Of a DNA stretch of 64,000 nucleotides, positions 32,007-41,996 are shown piece after piece. Every line of letters begins with the position of its first letter. Within the stretch, counting starts at the first letter, position 1. The DNA is from an uncultured bacterium. Its GTDB lineage: Bacteria; Lernaellota; Lernaellaia; JACKCT01. The stretch spans positions 464-64,463 of the forward strand of contig CAZPJD010000225.1 of the NCBI GenBank assembly GCA_964586775.1, in the 5' to 3' direction. Below the pieces are notes generated by a model that was not told the DNA's origin, made no database searches, and saw only the letters and a program-made list of their open reading frames with translations. A program made the translations under genes and the position numbers.

Positions 32007-33020
32007 TCAGATCTCGCCGCGGCCCTTCGCCGAATCGGTCAGATCGATCAACTCCGCGGGATACGGACGCAGCAGGCTCTGGCGGCGCAGGTAGTCGTAG
32101 CCTTCGCGCTCGGACCACGACGCCAGCAGGGCGATCGGCGCGGCGAGCGGCGCGCGGCGTTCGCGGTATCGCCGCACGAGCTGAAGGTAGTGGCTCTTCT
32201 CGGCGTGCGATAGCGACTTCTTGAAAAACCCGAACGCGTGCTCCAGCGCGTTGATGACCGCGCCGCGCCGCCACGGCGCGTCGAAGACCCCGGCCAGCGT
32301 TTCGGCGTAGGCGGCGAACACGTCGTCGGGCGCAAGGGCGTCGCGATTCGCCACGACGTTGCCAAGCGCTCGCATCGCCGATTCGCGTGCGGCCATGAGC
32401 AGGAACTTGTGGCGGGCGTGAAAGTCGACGAGCGCGCTGATGCGGCCGGTCGCCCTTGCGGCGCGCAGCTCGGCAAACGTGAAGATGCGAATCAGAAAGC
32501 GCTCGCGGATCACGAAGTTCGACAACCGCCCTTCGTCCTCGACCGCGCCCTCGCCGAACCGTTGCAGCACCTCGGCGGCGAACAGCCCCGCGCCCTTGCC
32601 CGACGCCATCGCATCGGCGCCGGCGTGCGCGTAGTGCTTCACGTCGCGCGGGCCGCACGAGGGCGAGCGCGACTTGAGGAGAAAGCCGTCGATCGGCCCG
32701 AGTGCGTCAAGCGTCGTCCTCGTCCACGCGCGCATGTCGTCGGTGACGTCGCGGCCCGATTCGGGCTGCACCAGTCGCGGCTCGTCGCCGCGCAGGGTGA
32801 TGCGCACCGGCGGGCGTGGCGTGCCCAGACCGATCTCGGCTTCGGGGCAGTGCGTCACGAGGTCCGCGTGCGCCGCGAGTCGCTCGACAAAGTCGTCGCG
32901 CAGAATCGCCCCGTCCCAACGGCACGCCTCGAAACCCAAACACCGGCTGACAAAGACACGGGGCCGCGCGAATGTGAGTTCGTCGGGATCGACGGTGGTG
33001 GTGCGAGGGGTCATGCGCAC
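32007..33020 (-). CDS. DUF523 (TudS-like) + DUF1722 (YbgA-like) fusion protein
   Basis: 337 aa. N-terminal VFVSRCLGFEACRWDG...CPEAEIGLGTPR...SPSCG is the DUF523 Cys pattern. The C-terminal helical half has the YbgA-like HAFGFFKK...EKSHYLQLVRRYR. GTG at 33020 or ATG at 33014. Confidence 0.7.
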   Translation of the reverse strand: MRMTPRTTTVDPDELTFARPRVFVSRCLGFEACRWDGAILRDDFVERLAAHADLVTHCPEAEIGLGTPRPPVRITLRGDEPRLVQPESGRDVTDDMRAWTRTTLDALGPIDGFLLKSRSPSCGPRDVKHYAHAGADAMASGKGAGLFAAEVLQRFGEGAVEDEGRLSNFVIRERFLIRIFTFAELRAARATGRISALVDFHARHKFLLMAARESAMRALGNVVANRDALAPDDVFAAYAETLAGVFDAPWRRGAVINALEHAFGFFKKSLSHAEKSHYLQLVRRYRERRAPLAAPIALLASWSEREGYDYLRRQSLLRPYPAELIDLTDSAKGRGEI

Positions 33021-33103
33021 GTTTTAGCGCGAACGCGATGCGGTGACCAGAAAGAGGGTTGGAGTATCAGGATCAGACCTCGGCGCCCGACAGCACACGA
33101 AGC

Positions 33104-33319
33104 CTAGCCAACGGCGATCTCGAGCTGCGTGACGAAGACATCGCGGCGAAGTCGTCGGCTCACCTCTTCCGCGGGCGCCGCCTCGAAAAACAACTCCAAC
33201 GCTTCGCGAAGGTTGTCGCGCGCTTCCTCGATCGTGTCGCCCTGACTGGCGATGTCCAATTCCGGACACAACGCGACGTATCCCTCTTCGTCCTGCTCGA
33301 TCACCGCGGTCATGCGCAT
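33104..33319 (-). CDS. HicB/UPF0150-family antitoxin-like protein (orphan)
   Basis: 71 aa. VIEQDEEGYVALCPELDIASQGDTIEEARDNLREALELFFE is the canonical UPF0150/HicB pattern. No HicA-sized ORF is adjacent. Confidence 0.7.
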   Translation of the reverse strand: MRMTAVIEQDEEGYVALCPELDIASQGDTIEEARDNLREALELFFEAAPAEEVSRRLRRDVFVTQLEIAVG

Positions 33320-33471
33320 GGCGGACTCTCCTTGGATCTGTTGAATAGACTCCGGCGCTCGCGCGGCGTTGTCAATTGTTCGGGCTCGCCGTCGTCTTCG
33401 TGTTCCCCGTCTTCATTGACAGTGCCCCGCGCGCCGCTAACATCGGCGCCACGGGGAGGGCGCGCTCGCCC

Positions 33472-33894
33472 ATGTTCGACGTCGGCGGCTCCGAAATCCT
33501 GCTCATTCTCTTCCTCACGCTGCTCGTGATGGGGCCGAAGAATATCCCCAAGATCGCGCGCACGCTGGGCAAGACCATGCAGCAGGTCCGGCGCATCACC
33601 AACGAATTCAAGCATGCGATGGAAGACGAGATCCGAGTGCTGGAACTCGAGGAACTCAAGACGGAGCGCGCCAAAACTTCGGCAAATCGCCCCGCCGAGC
33701 CCGTCGCCGCGCGGTCGAATTCCGCCGATGCCGAGGGTCCCGCCACACCCGCCACGCCGGCGGGGGAGCCGGTCGTCGAGACCGTCAATCCGGCGGCGGA
33801 GATCCCGGTCGAGCGCGAGCGAACGGGAGCGCATCCCACCACGCCGTCCACCGAGACGGCGGCGCGTGGCGCGAACGACGGGGGCGCGGCGTGA
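33472..33894 (+). CDS. tatB: Twin-arginine translocase TatA/TatB-family protein (TatB-like)
   Basis: 140 aa. MFDVGGSEILLILFLTLLVMGPKNIPKIAR shows Glu8 and the GP hinge typical of TatB. GGGGAGGG RBS. Track ORF 33376 (TTG) would add 32 aa. Confidence 0.75.
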   Translation: MFDVGGSEILLILFLTLLVMGPKNIPKIARTLGKTMQQVRRITNEFKHAMEDEIRVLELEELKTERAKTSANRPAEPVAARSNSADAEGPATPATPAGEPVVETVNPAAEIPVERERTGAHPTTPSTETAARGANDGGAA

Positions 33895-34673
33895 AGGAGC
33901 GCGACGCCGAGCTCGCCGGCCACATGACGCTGACGGAGCACCTGACCGAGCTGCGCAAGCGGCTGCTGTGGTGCGTGGGCGCGATCGGCGTGTGCTTTTT
34001 CGCCGCGTGGAATTTTGCGCCGCGCATCTTCGCCCTGTTCATGGAGCCGCTCACGCGCGTGCTGGGCGAGGGCCGGCAGGTGGTGTTCACGTCGCCCGCC
34101 GAGGCGTTCATCACCTACATGAAGGTCGCCGTGACGGTGGGCGTATTCGCGTCGGCGCCGGTGATCTTCTGGCAGATTTGGCGCTTCGTCGCGCCGGGGC
34201 TGTACCGCCGCGAGCGCGCGTATTTCGGCGCGGTGGTGATCGTCGGATCGTTCTTCTTCGTGGGCGGCGCGCTCTTCGGCTACTTCAGCGTCTTCCCCAT
34301 CGGATTCGCCTACTTCATCAAGACCTTCGAGACCGAAACCATCCGCGCGATGATCAGCGTGAAAGAATACTGGAGTTTCGCGCTCACGATGCTCGTGTGC
34401 TTCGGCGTCGCGTTCGAGCTTCCCGTCTTCGTGTTCTTTCTCGCGAGGGTCGGTATCGTCACGCCGCAGTGGCTCTGGAAAAACTTCCGCTACGCCGTGC
34501 TCGTCATCTTCATCGCGGCGGCGATCTTTACGCCGCCCGACATCATCTCGCAGATCACCCTCGGCGTGCCGCTCGTCATCCTCTACCTGCTCGCCACCGG
34601 CGCGGCGTATCTGTTCGGCTCGAGAAAAAAGCCGGTCGAATCCGCGGCCGACGCCGCATCCGCCGACGAGTAG
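33891..34673 (+). CDS. tatC: Twin-arginine translocase subunit TatC
   Basis: 260 aa. LTEHLTELRKRLL start motif and six TM helices. The GTG start overlaps the tatB stop (GTGA). Alternative ATG at 33924. Confidence 0.9.
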   Translation: MKERDAELAGHMTLTEHLTELRKRLLWCVGAIGVCFFAAWNFAPRIFALFMEPLTRVLGEGRQVVFTSPAEAFITYMKVAVTVGVFASAPVIFWQIWRFVAPGLYRRERAYFGAVVIVGSFFFVGGALFGYFSVFPIGFAYFIKTFETETIRAMISVKEYWSFALTMLVCFGVAFELPVFVFFLARVGIVTPQWLWKNFRYAVLVIFIAAAIFTPPDIISQITLGVPLVILYLLATGAAYLFGSRKKPVESAADAASADE

Positions 34674-34680
34674 GCCCCCT

Positions 34681-35325
34681 TCACCGCTTTCGCACGCGGC
34701 CCGTGCTCACGGCCCACCAGCCGTAGGCGAATCCGCCGATGTGCGCCCACCACGCCACACCCGGCGCGCCGGGGTCGCTCATGATCGATCCGAGGATTTG
34801 CATGCCGAGCCAAAGACCGATGAAGATGCGCGCACGCCAGATGAAAAAGATCGGGTAGATGACAATGAGAAAAAATCCCTTGATGCGCGCGGCGGGAAAC
34901 AGATGCAGGTATGCGCCCAGCACCGCCGCCACCGCGCCCGACGCCCCGACCATCGGCACGCGCGATCCCCGCTGCACCACCGCGTGCGCGAGGCACGCGA
35001 CCATCGCGGCGACGAGATAGAAACGCACGAACGCGCCGCGCCCCAGCCGGTCCTCGACGTTGTCGCCGAAGACCCACAGGAACAGCATGTTTCCCGCCAG
35101 ATGCGCGATGCCGCCATGCAGGAACGCGCTGGTGATCGCCGTGACCGGTGTGAGGACCGAATCCCATGCCCACGGATGCAGCAGCTGATAGGGCACCGCC
35201 GCGAAACGCAACCCCGCATCCCGCGCGCCGAGCTGCCACACGAATGCGGCGACATTCGCCGCGATGAGCAGCGTCGTCATCACCGGCGCGCGGCGCGTGG
35301 GGTTGAGGTCGCGATAGGGAATCAT
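34681..35325 (-). CDS. Rhomboid-family intramembrane serine protease
   Basis: HGGIAHLAGNMLFLWVFG, GASGAVAAVLGAY (GxSG, catalytic Ser) and AHIGGFAYG (catalytic His). Six TM helices. ATG at 35325. Converges on tatC with a 7-nt gap. Confidence 0.85.
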   Translation of the reverse strand: MIPYRDLNPTRRAPVMTTLLIAANVAAFVWQLGARDAGLRFAAVPYQLLHPWAWDSVLTPVTAITSAFLHGGIAHLAGNMLFLWVFGDNVEDRLGRGAFVRFYLVAAMVACLAHAVVQRGSRVPMVGASGAVAAVLGAYLHLFPAARIKGFFLIVIYPIFFIWRARIFIGLWLGMQILGSIMSDPGAPGVAWWAHIGGFAYGWWAVSTGRVRKR

Positions 35326-35432
35326 GCCCGGGCAGGAATAGCACAACGGTCGCGCGGGCGCGACGTGTCGCGCCGATCTTGTTGACGCCGACGCGGCGCG
35401 CGAGAATGATGTGGCGCGACTTTGGGGGTCGA

Positions 35433-36485
35433 ATGTCCATCGCCGCGACGACCGTGACCGAGATGTACGAACGCATGCGCGAGCGCTTGGCGCGCCTCGT
35501 GCCCGAGGCCGAGCTGCGCCTGAAGGCCGAGATCGCGTTCGAGGTCAATCGCCTCAAGGCCGAGCGCGGCGCGATCGTCCTCGGCCACAACTACATGGAG
35601 CCCGCGCTCTTCCACTCGGTCTGCGACGTGGTGGGCGATTCGCTGGAACTCTCGCGGCGCGCCGCGGCGGCGAGCGCGGACCCGATTGTGTTTTGCGGCG
35701 TGCGTTTCATGGCCGAAACGGCGAAGATCCTGAATCCCGAACGCACCGTTTTGCTGCCCGCGAAAAAAGCGGGGTGTTCGCTCGCCGACGGCATCACCGC
35801 CGAAGACGTGCGCCGACTGCGCGAGGCGTATCCCGGCGTGCCGATCGTCACCTACATCAACACCTACGCCGACGTGAAGGCCGAGGTGGACGTGGTGTGC
35901 ACGTCGGGCAACGCGGTGCGCGTGGTGAGGGCGCTCGATTCCGACCTCGTGATTTTCCTGCCCGACGAATACCTGGCGCGCAACGTCGCCGCCGAGACGG
36001 GCAAGACGATTCTCGTGCCGACGGGCGATCTGGATTCGCTCGGGGACGTGCGCGCGCGCGGCATCGGCATGATCGGCTGGCGCGCCCGCTGCGAGGTCCA
36101 CGAAAAATACACGGTGGACGACATCGCGAATGTGCGGCGGCAGTTCCCCGACGTGTACGTGCTCGCGCATCCCGAGTGCCGCCCCGAGGTCGTCGAGGCC
36201 GCGGACTATTCCGGCAGCACGACGCAGATGGTACACCAGGTGAAACAGCACGACGCGGCGCACTATCTGCTGCTCACCGAATGCAGCATGGGCGACAACA
36301 TCATCGCCGAGAACCCCGAGCGCGACATTTTGCGGATGTGCTCGGTGCGCTGCCCGCACATGAACGAGATCACGCTCGAAAACGTGCTCGATTCGCTGCG
36401 CCACGACGCGGAGACGATCGAGGTCGAGGAATCGGTGCGTGTGCGCGCGCGCAAATCGCTCGACCGGATGCTGGCGATCGGGTGA
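35433..36485 (+). CDS. nadA: Quinolinate synthase
   Basis: VLGHNYMEP, FCGVRFMAETAKIL, GCSLADG, VCTSGNAV, AHPEC and TECSMG are NadA hallmarks. ATG at 35433; the track start at 35379 is TTG. Confidence 0.9.
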   Translation: MSIAATTVTEMYERMRERLARLVPEAELRLKAEIAFEVNRLKAERGAIVLGHNYMEPALFHSVCDVVGDSLELSRRAAAASADPIVFCGVRFMAETAKILNPERTVLLPAKKAGCSLADGITAEDVRRLREAYPGVPIVTYINTYADVKAEVDVVCTSGNAVRVVRALDSDLVIFLPDEYLARNVAAETGKTILVPTGDLDSLGDVRARGIGMIGWRARCEVHEKYTVDDIANVRRQFPDVYVLAHPECRPEVVEAADYSGSTTQMVHQVKQHDAAHYLLLTECSMGDNIIAENPERDILRMCSVRCPHMNEITLENVLDSLRHDAETIEVEESVRVRARKSLDRMLAIG

Positions 36486-36507
36486 GGGCCGAAGGAGAAT
36501 CACGAAG

Positions 36508-37902
36508 ATGCGGACCTACTGCCGGAAGGTTTTGTTCCTTCCCCTCTTGGCCGTATTGCTTCTCACCGGCTGCACAGGAGACGACGATTCGCCTTCGTCG
36601 GACTCCGGCGTAACAAGCGATGACGACTCGGCGTCGGACGACGACACGACCGCCGATGACGACGCGGCGGACGACGATCTCGCGGACGATGACGACGACG
36701 GGCCGAGTTATCGCCCGATCCTGTTCGTGCATGGATTCCTCGAAGACGGCGACGCCTTTCACGCGCAGTCGCAGCGCTTCGCCACGAACGACTACGACCT
36801 CGATCGCGTCTTCGCCGTCGATTACAACACGCTCTGGGCGACGCCGGACGCCGTCGATCTGATCGGCGGGGCGATCGACGAGATCCGCGCGCTCACCGGC
36901 GCCGACGACGTCGACCTGATCGGCCACTCGATGGGCGGGTCGATGGGCGCGGATTATCTGCAGGGCGCCCCCGCGCCGAACCACGTCGCCCACTACGCCC
37001 ACGTGGCGTCCTTCGATTTCGAAACGGCGGGCATCGACGCGCCGATCCTCAATCTGTCGTCCGAGGCCGATGCGGTGGTCGGTGCGCGAGAGATCGACGG
37101 CGCGACCAACGTGGTGCTGCCCGGCCTCGACCACCTGCAACTCGCGACGTCGCCCGAGACCTTCGAGCAGCTCTTCACCTTCTTCAACGGCGAGCCGCCC
37201 GCGACGCTCGAGGTCGAGCCCGCCTCGCCCATCACGCTCTCGGGACGCACACTCGTCTTCGGCACGAACGAGCCCGCGCCCGCGCAGATCGTGCGCATCT
37301 TCGCGGTCGATCCCGCGACGGGGGAGCGCGACGCCGCCGAGCCCGACGCGGTTTTCACGTCCGACGCGACCGGCGCGTGGGGCCCATTCGATGCTGAGCC
37401 GGACACGCACTACGAGTTCGAGATCCGCGACGAGGCCGGGCGCTGGCCGGCGGTGCGTTATTACCGCGAGCCGTTTATGCGTTCGAGCCGCCTCGTGCAC
37501 TTTCGCGTGTTGCCCGATTTCGATTCGGCGTTCGCGGTGCCGTTCAAGCTGCTACCGCTGCTGGGTGATCGCGTCGCCTTTGCCTCGCTCAACCTCAACC
37601 GCGCGGCGATCGCCGGGCGCGACACCTTCACCGTGGACGGAATCGACCTGGCGACCGAAGACGTTACGCCCGCCGACCAGAGCGTTCTCGCGGCGGTGTT
37701 CGCCGATCTCAACTTCAACGGCGCCACCGACGGACCGATCCTGCCCGGCATCGTCGGCCTCTTTCCGTTCTTCACGATCTACGATCTTTTCGCCGATCCC
37801 GGCGTCGGCGATCCCATCCCGATCGAATTCAACGGACGCACTCTGACGATCCGAGGGGACGAGGGCCCCGCCGAGTCGCTCTCCATCGCTCAATTCGACT
37901 GA
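36508..37902 (+). CDS. Lipoprotein alpha/beta hydrolase (lipase/esterase-like) with N-terminal Asp-rich linker
   Basis: GAAGGAG RBS. Lipobox LLLTGC followed by TGDDDSPSSDSGVTSDDDSASDDDTTADDDAADDDLADDDDD. ILFVHGF and LIGHSMGG (GxSxG). Confidence 0.7.
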   Translation: MRTYCRKVLFLPLLAVLLLTGCTGDDDSPSSDSGVTSDDDSASDDDTTADDDAADDDLADDDDDGPSYRPILFVHGFLEDGDAFHAQSQRFATNDYDLDRVFAVDYNTLWATPDAVDLIGGAIDEIRALTGADDVDLIGHSMGGSMGADYLQGAPAPNHVAHYAHVASFDFETAGIDAPILNLSSEADAVVGAREIDGATNVVLPGLDHLQLATSPETFEQLFTFFNGEPPATLEVEPASPITLSGRTLVFGTNEPAPAQIVRIFAVDPATGERDAAEPDAVFTSDATGAWGPFDAEPDTHYEFEIRDEAGRWPAVRYYREPFMRSSRLVHFRVLPDFDSAFAVPFKLLPLLGDRVAFASLNLNRAAIAGRDTFTVDGIDLATEDVTPADQSVLAAVFADLNFNGATDGPILPGIVGLFPFFTIYDLFADPGVGDPIPIEFNGRTLTIRGDEGPAESLSIAQFD

Positions 37903-37962
37903 GCGCCGCGTCGCGCGATCCACGCGGTTGCGCGCCGTGCGCGGTTTCCCGATCATGACGCG

Positions 37963-39978
37963 GTGGGCAAGATGAACATCACGGAGCGCCGCGCGTGGAC
38001 GATCTACGGTGCGGCGTGGTGCGTCTGGCATCTGCTCGTTTTTCTCTCGACGCCCGACACCGGCCTGCACATCGGGAATCACGAAGAGGCGATGAGCGGC
38101 AACCTCGCGCGGGCGCTCGTCGAGGGCCTCGCCCTGCCCGCGTGGCATTATCAATACGCCCATCACACGCACGGCACGTTCCTTTACGGCCTGCTGCTCG
38201 CGCCGATCTACGCGATTGGCGGATCATCGATTCTGTGGGTCAAGGCGCTGGGGCTCGCGTTCGCCGCGGCAGGAACGGCGCTGTGGATCGCCCTGGTGCG
38301 CCGCGCCTTCGGGCCGCGAACGGCGGCGATCTTCGCGGCGTGGTGGCTCGTCGCCCCGCCCGCGCTGATGCGGATGCAGCACCTCGCGTGGGCGAATCAC
38401 ATGGAGAGCATCGCGTGGATCGGTGCGATGCTGCTCGTCTTCGCGGGTGCGGACGACTCCGAACCTTCTCCGAAACGCTTCGCGTGGCTCGGCGCGCTCG
38501 CGGGATTCGCGAGTTTCTTCTGCCTGCAGAGCCTGCTCGTCGCCGTGCCGCTCGCGGTCCTGACACTCTGGCGTTGGCGTCGCGCGGCAATTCGGCCCCT
38601 CGCCGCCGCCGTGCCCGCGTTCGTCGCCGCCTACAGCCCCCACTGGCTTTACCAACACGCGATGTATCGCTCCCTCAACCTCGAAGCGAAGCACCCCGAT
38701 CTCGTCGCCCGCGCACGCGCATTCGCCGAGGTCGTCCCCGAGGCGCTCGCCTACGCGTGGCCGATCGTGACATGGCTCGCGGTCGCCGCGGTCGCGGTCG
38801 CGCTCATCTTCGCCATTCGCGAATTCGCGCGCCCGGCTCGCCGCTACACCGATCGCTCCGGGCCGTGGGTGCTGCGCGCGCTCGTGCTCCACATCGCCGC
38901 GTTTTTTGCCGCCAATGTGCTGTCGACCTTTGCCGTCGAGCCCTACGCGCTCGACGTCTATCGATTCCGGTACGTCACGCCGCTCTTTCCCACGGCCATG
39001 GCGATCGCCGCGTGGGCGCTCGCGGCGTGGCCGCGATTCGCCGCCATCGTACTCGCGCCGCTGATCGTCGCCGGTGCGTTCGACGCCCGCGTGCCGCAGA
39101 CGATCGCGTCGGTGGCGGCGCAGGCGCGCGACGGGATTCCCGGCGCGTGGATGTGGGAACTGCGCGGCGACAACCTGCGCCCGATCGTCGAGCAGAACGC
39201 GCCGTTTGCGTGGGGCAACGCGCTGGAGATTCGCGGCGACCGCGACGAGACGTGGCGCGAGATCGCCGACCAGATCGGTCGTTTGCCGACCGAGTGGCGC
39301 GCGCTCGCCTGCGAGACCCTCGCGCTCGATCGCGGCGAGACCGCGCCCGATTTCGTGCGCGCGTCGTGCGGGCCGACCGCCGACGCCTCGTGGCGGCGCG
39401 GACTCGGCCGCCGACAATTACGAATCGTGTTCAACGGCATGTTCCAGGACCCGAGCCCCGAAGCCATCGGCCGCGCGTTTGGGGGCGTTTGCGCGAAGGC
39501 CGACGCCGATCTCGCGCGCGGATTCGCCTACGAATTTCTCGCGCAATACGAGGTGCGCACACACGCGCGTTTTCGCATCGAGGACGCCGCGCAGACGCGC
39601 GCGGCGGTCTCGTCGGTGCTCGCGAGCACGGACGCCGAGGCGTGCGCGGGCGCGGCGATCGCGAACGGGATGGGGCGCTTCGTCGCCGAGCTGGAGATCG
39701 ACCGCGCGCCGTTCACGACACTGTCGCGCTTCACGCCGCTCGATCCCACGCCGGAACGAATGGCGGAGTTCGAGAGCGGTTACGCCTCGGGCATGGCTCT
39801 CGCGTTCATCGCGAAGTGGCGCTGCGCGCCCGGCGATCTGCCACTGCTGCGCACGCCGCAACTCGCCCCGCGCCTTGCCGACATGAGCCTTCGTCTCGAA
39901 GCGCGCGGCGAACGCATGTGCCTCGCGCGGATGCCGGCCGACTGGACAGCGCCGGGCGCGGCCCCGACAATGCCGTGA
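37963..39978 (+). CDS. Polytopic membrane protein, putative GT-C-like glycosyltransferase, with soluble C-terminal domain
   Basis: 671 aa. About 11 TM helices over the first ~390 aa. An acidic loop (HEEAMSGNLARAL) follows TM1, as in GT-C enzymes. No catalytic motif was verified. Confidence 0.5.
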   Translation: MGKMNITERRAWTIYGAAWCVWHLLVFLSTPDTGLHIGNHEEAMSGNLARALVEGLALPAWHYQYAHHTHGTFLYGLLLAPIYAIGGSSILWVKALGLAFAAAGTALWIALVRRAFGPRTAAIFAAWWLVAPPALMRMQHLAWANHMESIAWIGAMLLVFAGADDSEPSPKRFAWLGALAGFASFFCLQSLLVAVPLAVLTLWRWRRAAIRPLAAAVPAFVAAYSPHWLYQHAMYRSLNLEAKHPDLVARARAFAEVVPEALAYAWPIVTWLAVAAVAVALIFAIREFARPARRYTDRSGPWVLRALVLHIAAFFAANVLSTFAVEPYALDVYRFRYVTPLFPTAMAIAAWALAAWPRFAAIVLAPLIVAGAFDARVPQTIASVAAQARDGIPGAWMWELRGDNLRPIVEQNAPFAWGNALEIRGDRDETWREIADQIGRLPTEWRALACETLALDRGETAPDFVRASCGPTADASWRRGLGRRQLRIVFNGMFQDPSPEAIGRAFGGVCAKADADLARGFAYEFLAQYEVRTHARFRIEDAAQTRAAVSSVLASTDAEACAGAAIANGMGRFVAELEIDRAPFTTLSRFTPLDPTPERMAEFESGYASGMALAFIAKWRCAPGDLPLLRTPQLAPRLADMSLRLEARGERMCLARMPADWTAPGAAPTMP

Positions 39979-40967
39979 TGTCATTAGTCGATCCATTGAG
40001 CGATTCGGTTTCGCGCGCTCTCTCGGACGCGTTCGCGGGCGTATCGGGCCCGTTCTTTTTCGTGGGGTCCGGCAAGAACGCGGGCAAGACGACCGCGATG
40101 AACGCGGCGAACCGCGTGTTGGCGACGCGCGGCGCCGACGTGGGCGTGACGACGATCGGCCACGACGGCGAGGGGCGCGACGCGATCCTGGGCACCGAAA
40201 AGCCGCCGGTCGAGGTCTTCGCCGGCAACCTCGTGTGCCTCACGCGCCGGATGATGGACGACGCGGGCGACGCGCTCGCCCCCGTGGCGTCCACCGGATT
40301 TGTCACGCCGATGGGCGCGCTCGAGATCGCCCGCGCGCTTTACCCGGCGAACGTCGAGATCCTCGGACCCGAGACCAACGCGCGCTGTGCGGCGGTGTGC
40401 GACCAGATGCGGAGGCTGGGCGCGCGCATCGTGCTGGTCGACGGTGCGTTTTCGCGGCGCACGCAGATCGCGATGCACGACGAATCGCCGCTCGCCCTGA
40501 TTGCGTCGGGCGATTTGGGGGCGACGACCGGCGAGGTGAGGGCGACGATCCGCTATTGGGTGGAGTTGCTCGATCTGCCGCGCGCGGGCGAACCCGACGA
40601 CGAAGCGGCGGGTATCGAAACGCCGGGGGGCGTAACGGGGGCGTCGATCCTGTTCACTGACGCATGCGTGCGCGTGCGCGGTCCGCTGCTGGGCGAGACG
40701 GCGGCGAAGCTCGCGCGAATGGCGCGCAGGCGGCGGGTCGTGCTCGACGATGCCACCAAGGTGTTTTGCGAGGAGCGCGAATGGCGGGCGCTTCGCGACG
40801 CGTGCGCGTCGGTCAATGTCGTCCGCTCGTTCGATTTGCGGTTCGTCGCCGCGAACCCGACCGCGCGTTTCAAGGGGGCGTTCGACGCGGATGAGTTCGC
40901 ACGCGCGCTCAAAGACGCCGCGCCGAACAAGCCGGTGATCGATGTCGTTGCCCGAATCGTTCTTTGA
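39978..40967 (+). CDS. P-loop-like protein of unknown function
   Basis: 329 aa. The ATG overlaps the upstream stop (GTGATG). FFFVGSGKNAGKTTAMNAA is a Mur-ligase/MobB-like P-loop. Only the last 329 codons of track ORF 37995-40967 are used. Confidence 0.5.
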   Translation: MSLVDPLSDSVSRALSDAFAGVSGPFFFVGSGKNAGKTTAMNAANRVLATRGADVGVTTIGHDGEGRDAILGTEKPPVEVFAGNLVCLTRRMMDDAGDALAPVASTGFVTPMGALEIARALYPANVEILGPETNARCAAVCDQMRRLGARIVLVDGAFSRRTQIAMHDESPLALIASGDLGATTGEVRATIRYWVELLDLPRAGEPDDEAAGIETPGGVTGASILFTDACVRVRGPLLGETAAKLARMARRRRVVLDDATKVFCEEREWRALRDACASVNVVRSFDLRFVAANPTARFKGAFDADEFARALKDAAPNKPVIDVVARIVL

Positions 40968-40985
40968 CGCGTCGACGATTCCCGC

Positions 40986-41996
40986 TTACGGGAACAGCGG
41001 ATACGGCTTGCCGAGCTTGTAGCTGAGATTCGCGAAGAATCGCGTTTCGTCGTCCATATCCCGCGCCTCGAGGTAGACCTGCTCCGCGCCCGCGGTCACG
41101 TTGATGTGGTGCGTCGTGAAACGCAGCGCACCGACGATGCCGTTGCGATCTTCCTCGTTCGTGGTGCCGCGCATGAGCACGCCGTCGTATTCGACGATGA
41201 GCGTGACGAAGTTGCGCGGGTGCAGCGGGAACACCATGCCCAGATGCACCTCGCCGCTCTTTTCCTCGTAATCGCGCCCGCTCACGCCCAGGTCGCGCAG
41301 CACGAGCTGGCCGTCGGCCATGATGGCGAACGCGTACTCGGTGAAAAACAGGTCGTTGATCTCGACGCCGGTGGCGACCAGCAGCCGCGCGCCCCACGAT
41401 TTCACGTCGGATACGCCGTCCTCGTATTCGATGCCGGGCGCGATGCCGCCGAGCCCGATGGCGAGCGGCGGGAGAAAGAGCGAGGGGTGCGCATAGCCCC
41501 ACTTGAACATGCCCTCGACGCTGCCGATGCCCGCGTGGCTGGTCTGGCCGAACACGCGCTCGCGACGACCGAACTCGTCGATGCGCTCGCCGACGGCCAG
41601 GTCGGATTCGACGTAGGGGATGTGAAGTCCGAACTCGAATCCGGCGGGAATCCCCACGCCCGCATTGAAGACGTATTCGGTGCGCGTGTAATCGGGGTCG
41701 GGGTTCGTCTGCTGCAGATACGCGGTGCCGACCTCCACGGTGCCGGGATCCAGCGTGCGCGACGACGTGGTGAAGAACAGGCCCGACATGCCTTTGTAGT
41801 TTTGCGGCAGGTTGTTGACCTTGGGCTTCGCGTCCTGCACCTGCGGGCCCGACGGCGCGGCGGGTTCGACATCGGTCGTCGCCGGAGCCGCACCCTCGTC
41901 CTCATCCTCGTCCTGCGCCCACGCCGGCGCGGCGATCGTCATGATCGCGAATACGGCGACCGCGCCCCACGCCCCCATGCGCATTCCCGATTTCAT
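40986..41996 (-). CDS. Putative outer-membrane beta-barrel protein
   Basis: 336 aa. Signal peptide ...AIMTIAAPAWA, then an acidic QDEDEDEG stretch. Alternating hydrophobic beta-strand pattern with aromatic girdles. The ATG overlaps the capD-like stop (ATGA). This is the 3' part of track ORF 40986-43733. Confidence 0.5.
   Translation of the reverse strand: MKSGMRMGAWGAVAVFAIMTIAAPAWAQDEDEDEGAAPATTDVEPAAPSGPQVQDAKPKVNNLPQNYKGMSGLFFTTSSRTLDPGTVEVGTAYLQQTNPDPDYTRTEYVFNAGVGIPAGFEFGLHIPYVESDLAVGERIDEFGRRERVFGQTSHAGIGSVEGMFKWGYAHPSLFLPPLAIGLGGIAPGIEYEDGVSDVKSWGARLLVATGVEINDLFFTEYAFAIMADGQLVLRDLGVSGRDYEEKSGEVHLGMVFPLHPRNFVTLIVEYDGVLMRGTTNEEDRNGIVGALRFTTHHINVTAGAEQVYLEARDMDDETRFFANLSYKLGKPYPLFP

Noticed and set aside
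31918-32658. Upstream 247 codons of track ORF 31579-32658
   Set aside because: They overlap the DUF523/DUF1722 gene (32007-33020) in another frame of the same strand and are Arg-rich. Only the last 112 codons, which carry a signal peptide and 11-aa repeats, look genuine.
33320-33471. Search for a hicA toxin next to the HicB-like gene at 33104-33319 (and next to 27968-28231)
   Set aside because: The gaps are too short for a ~60-aa HicA, and no ORF there has a HicA-like sequence. Both genes are treated as orphans.
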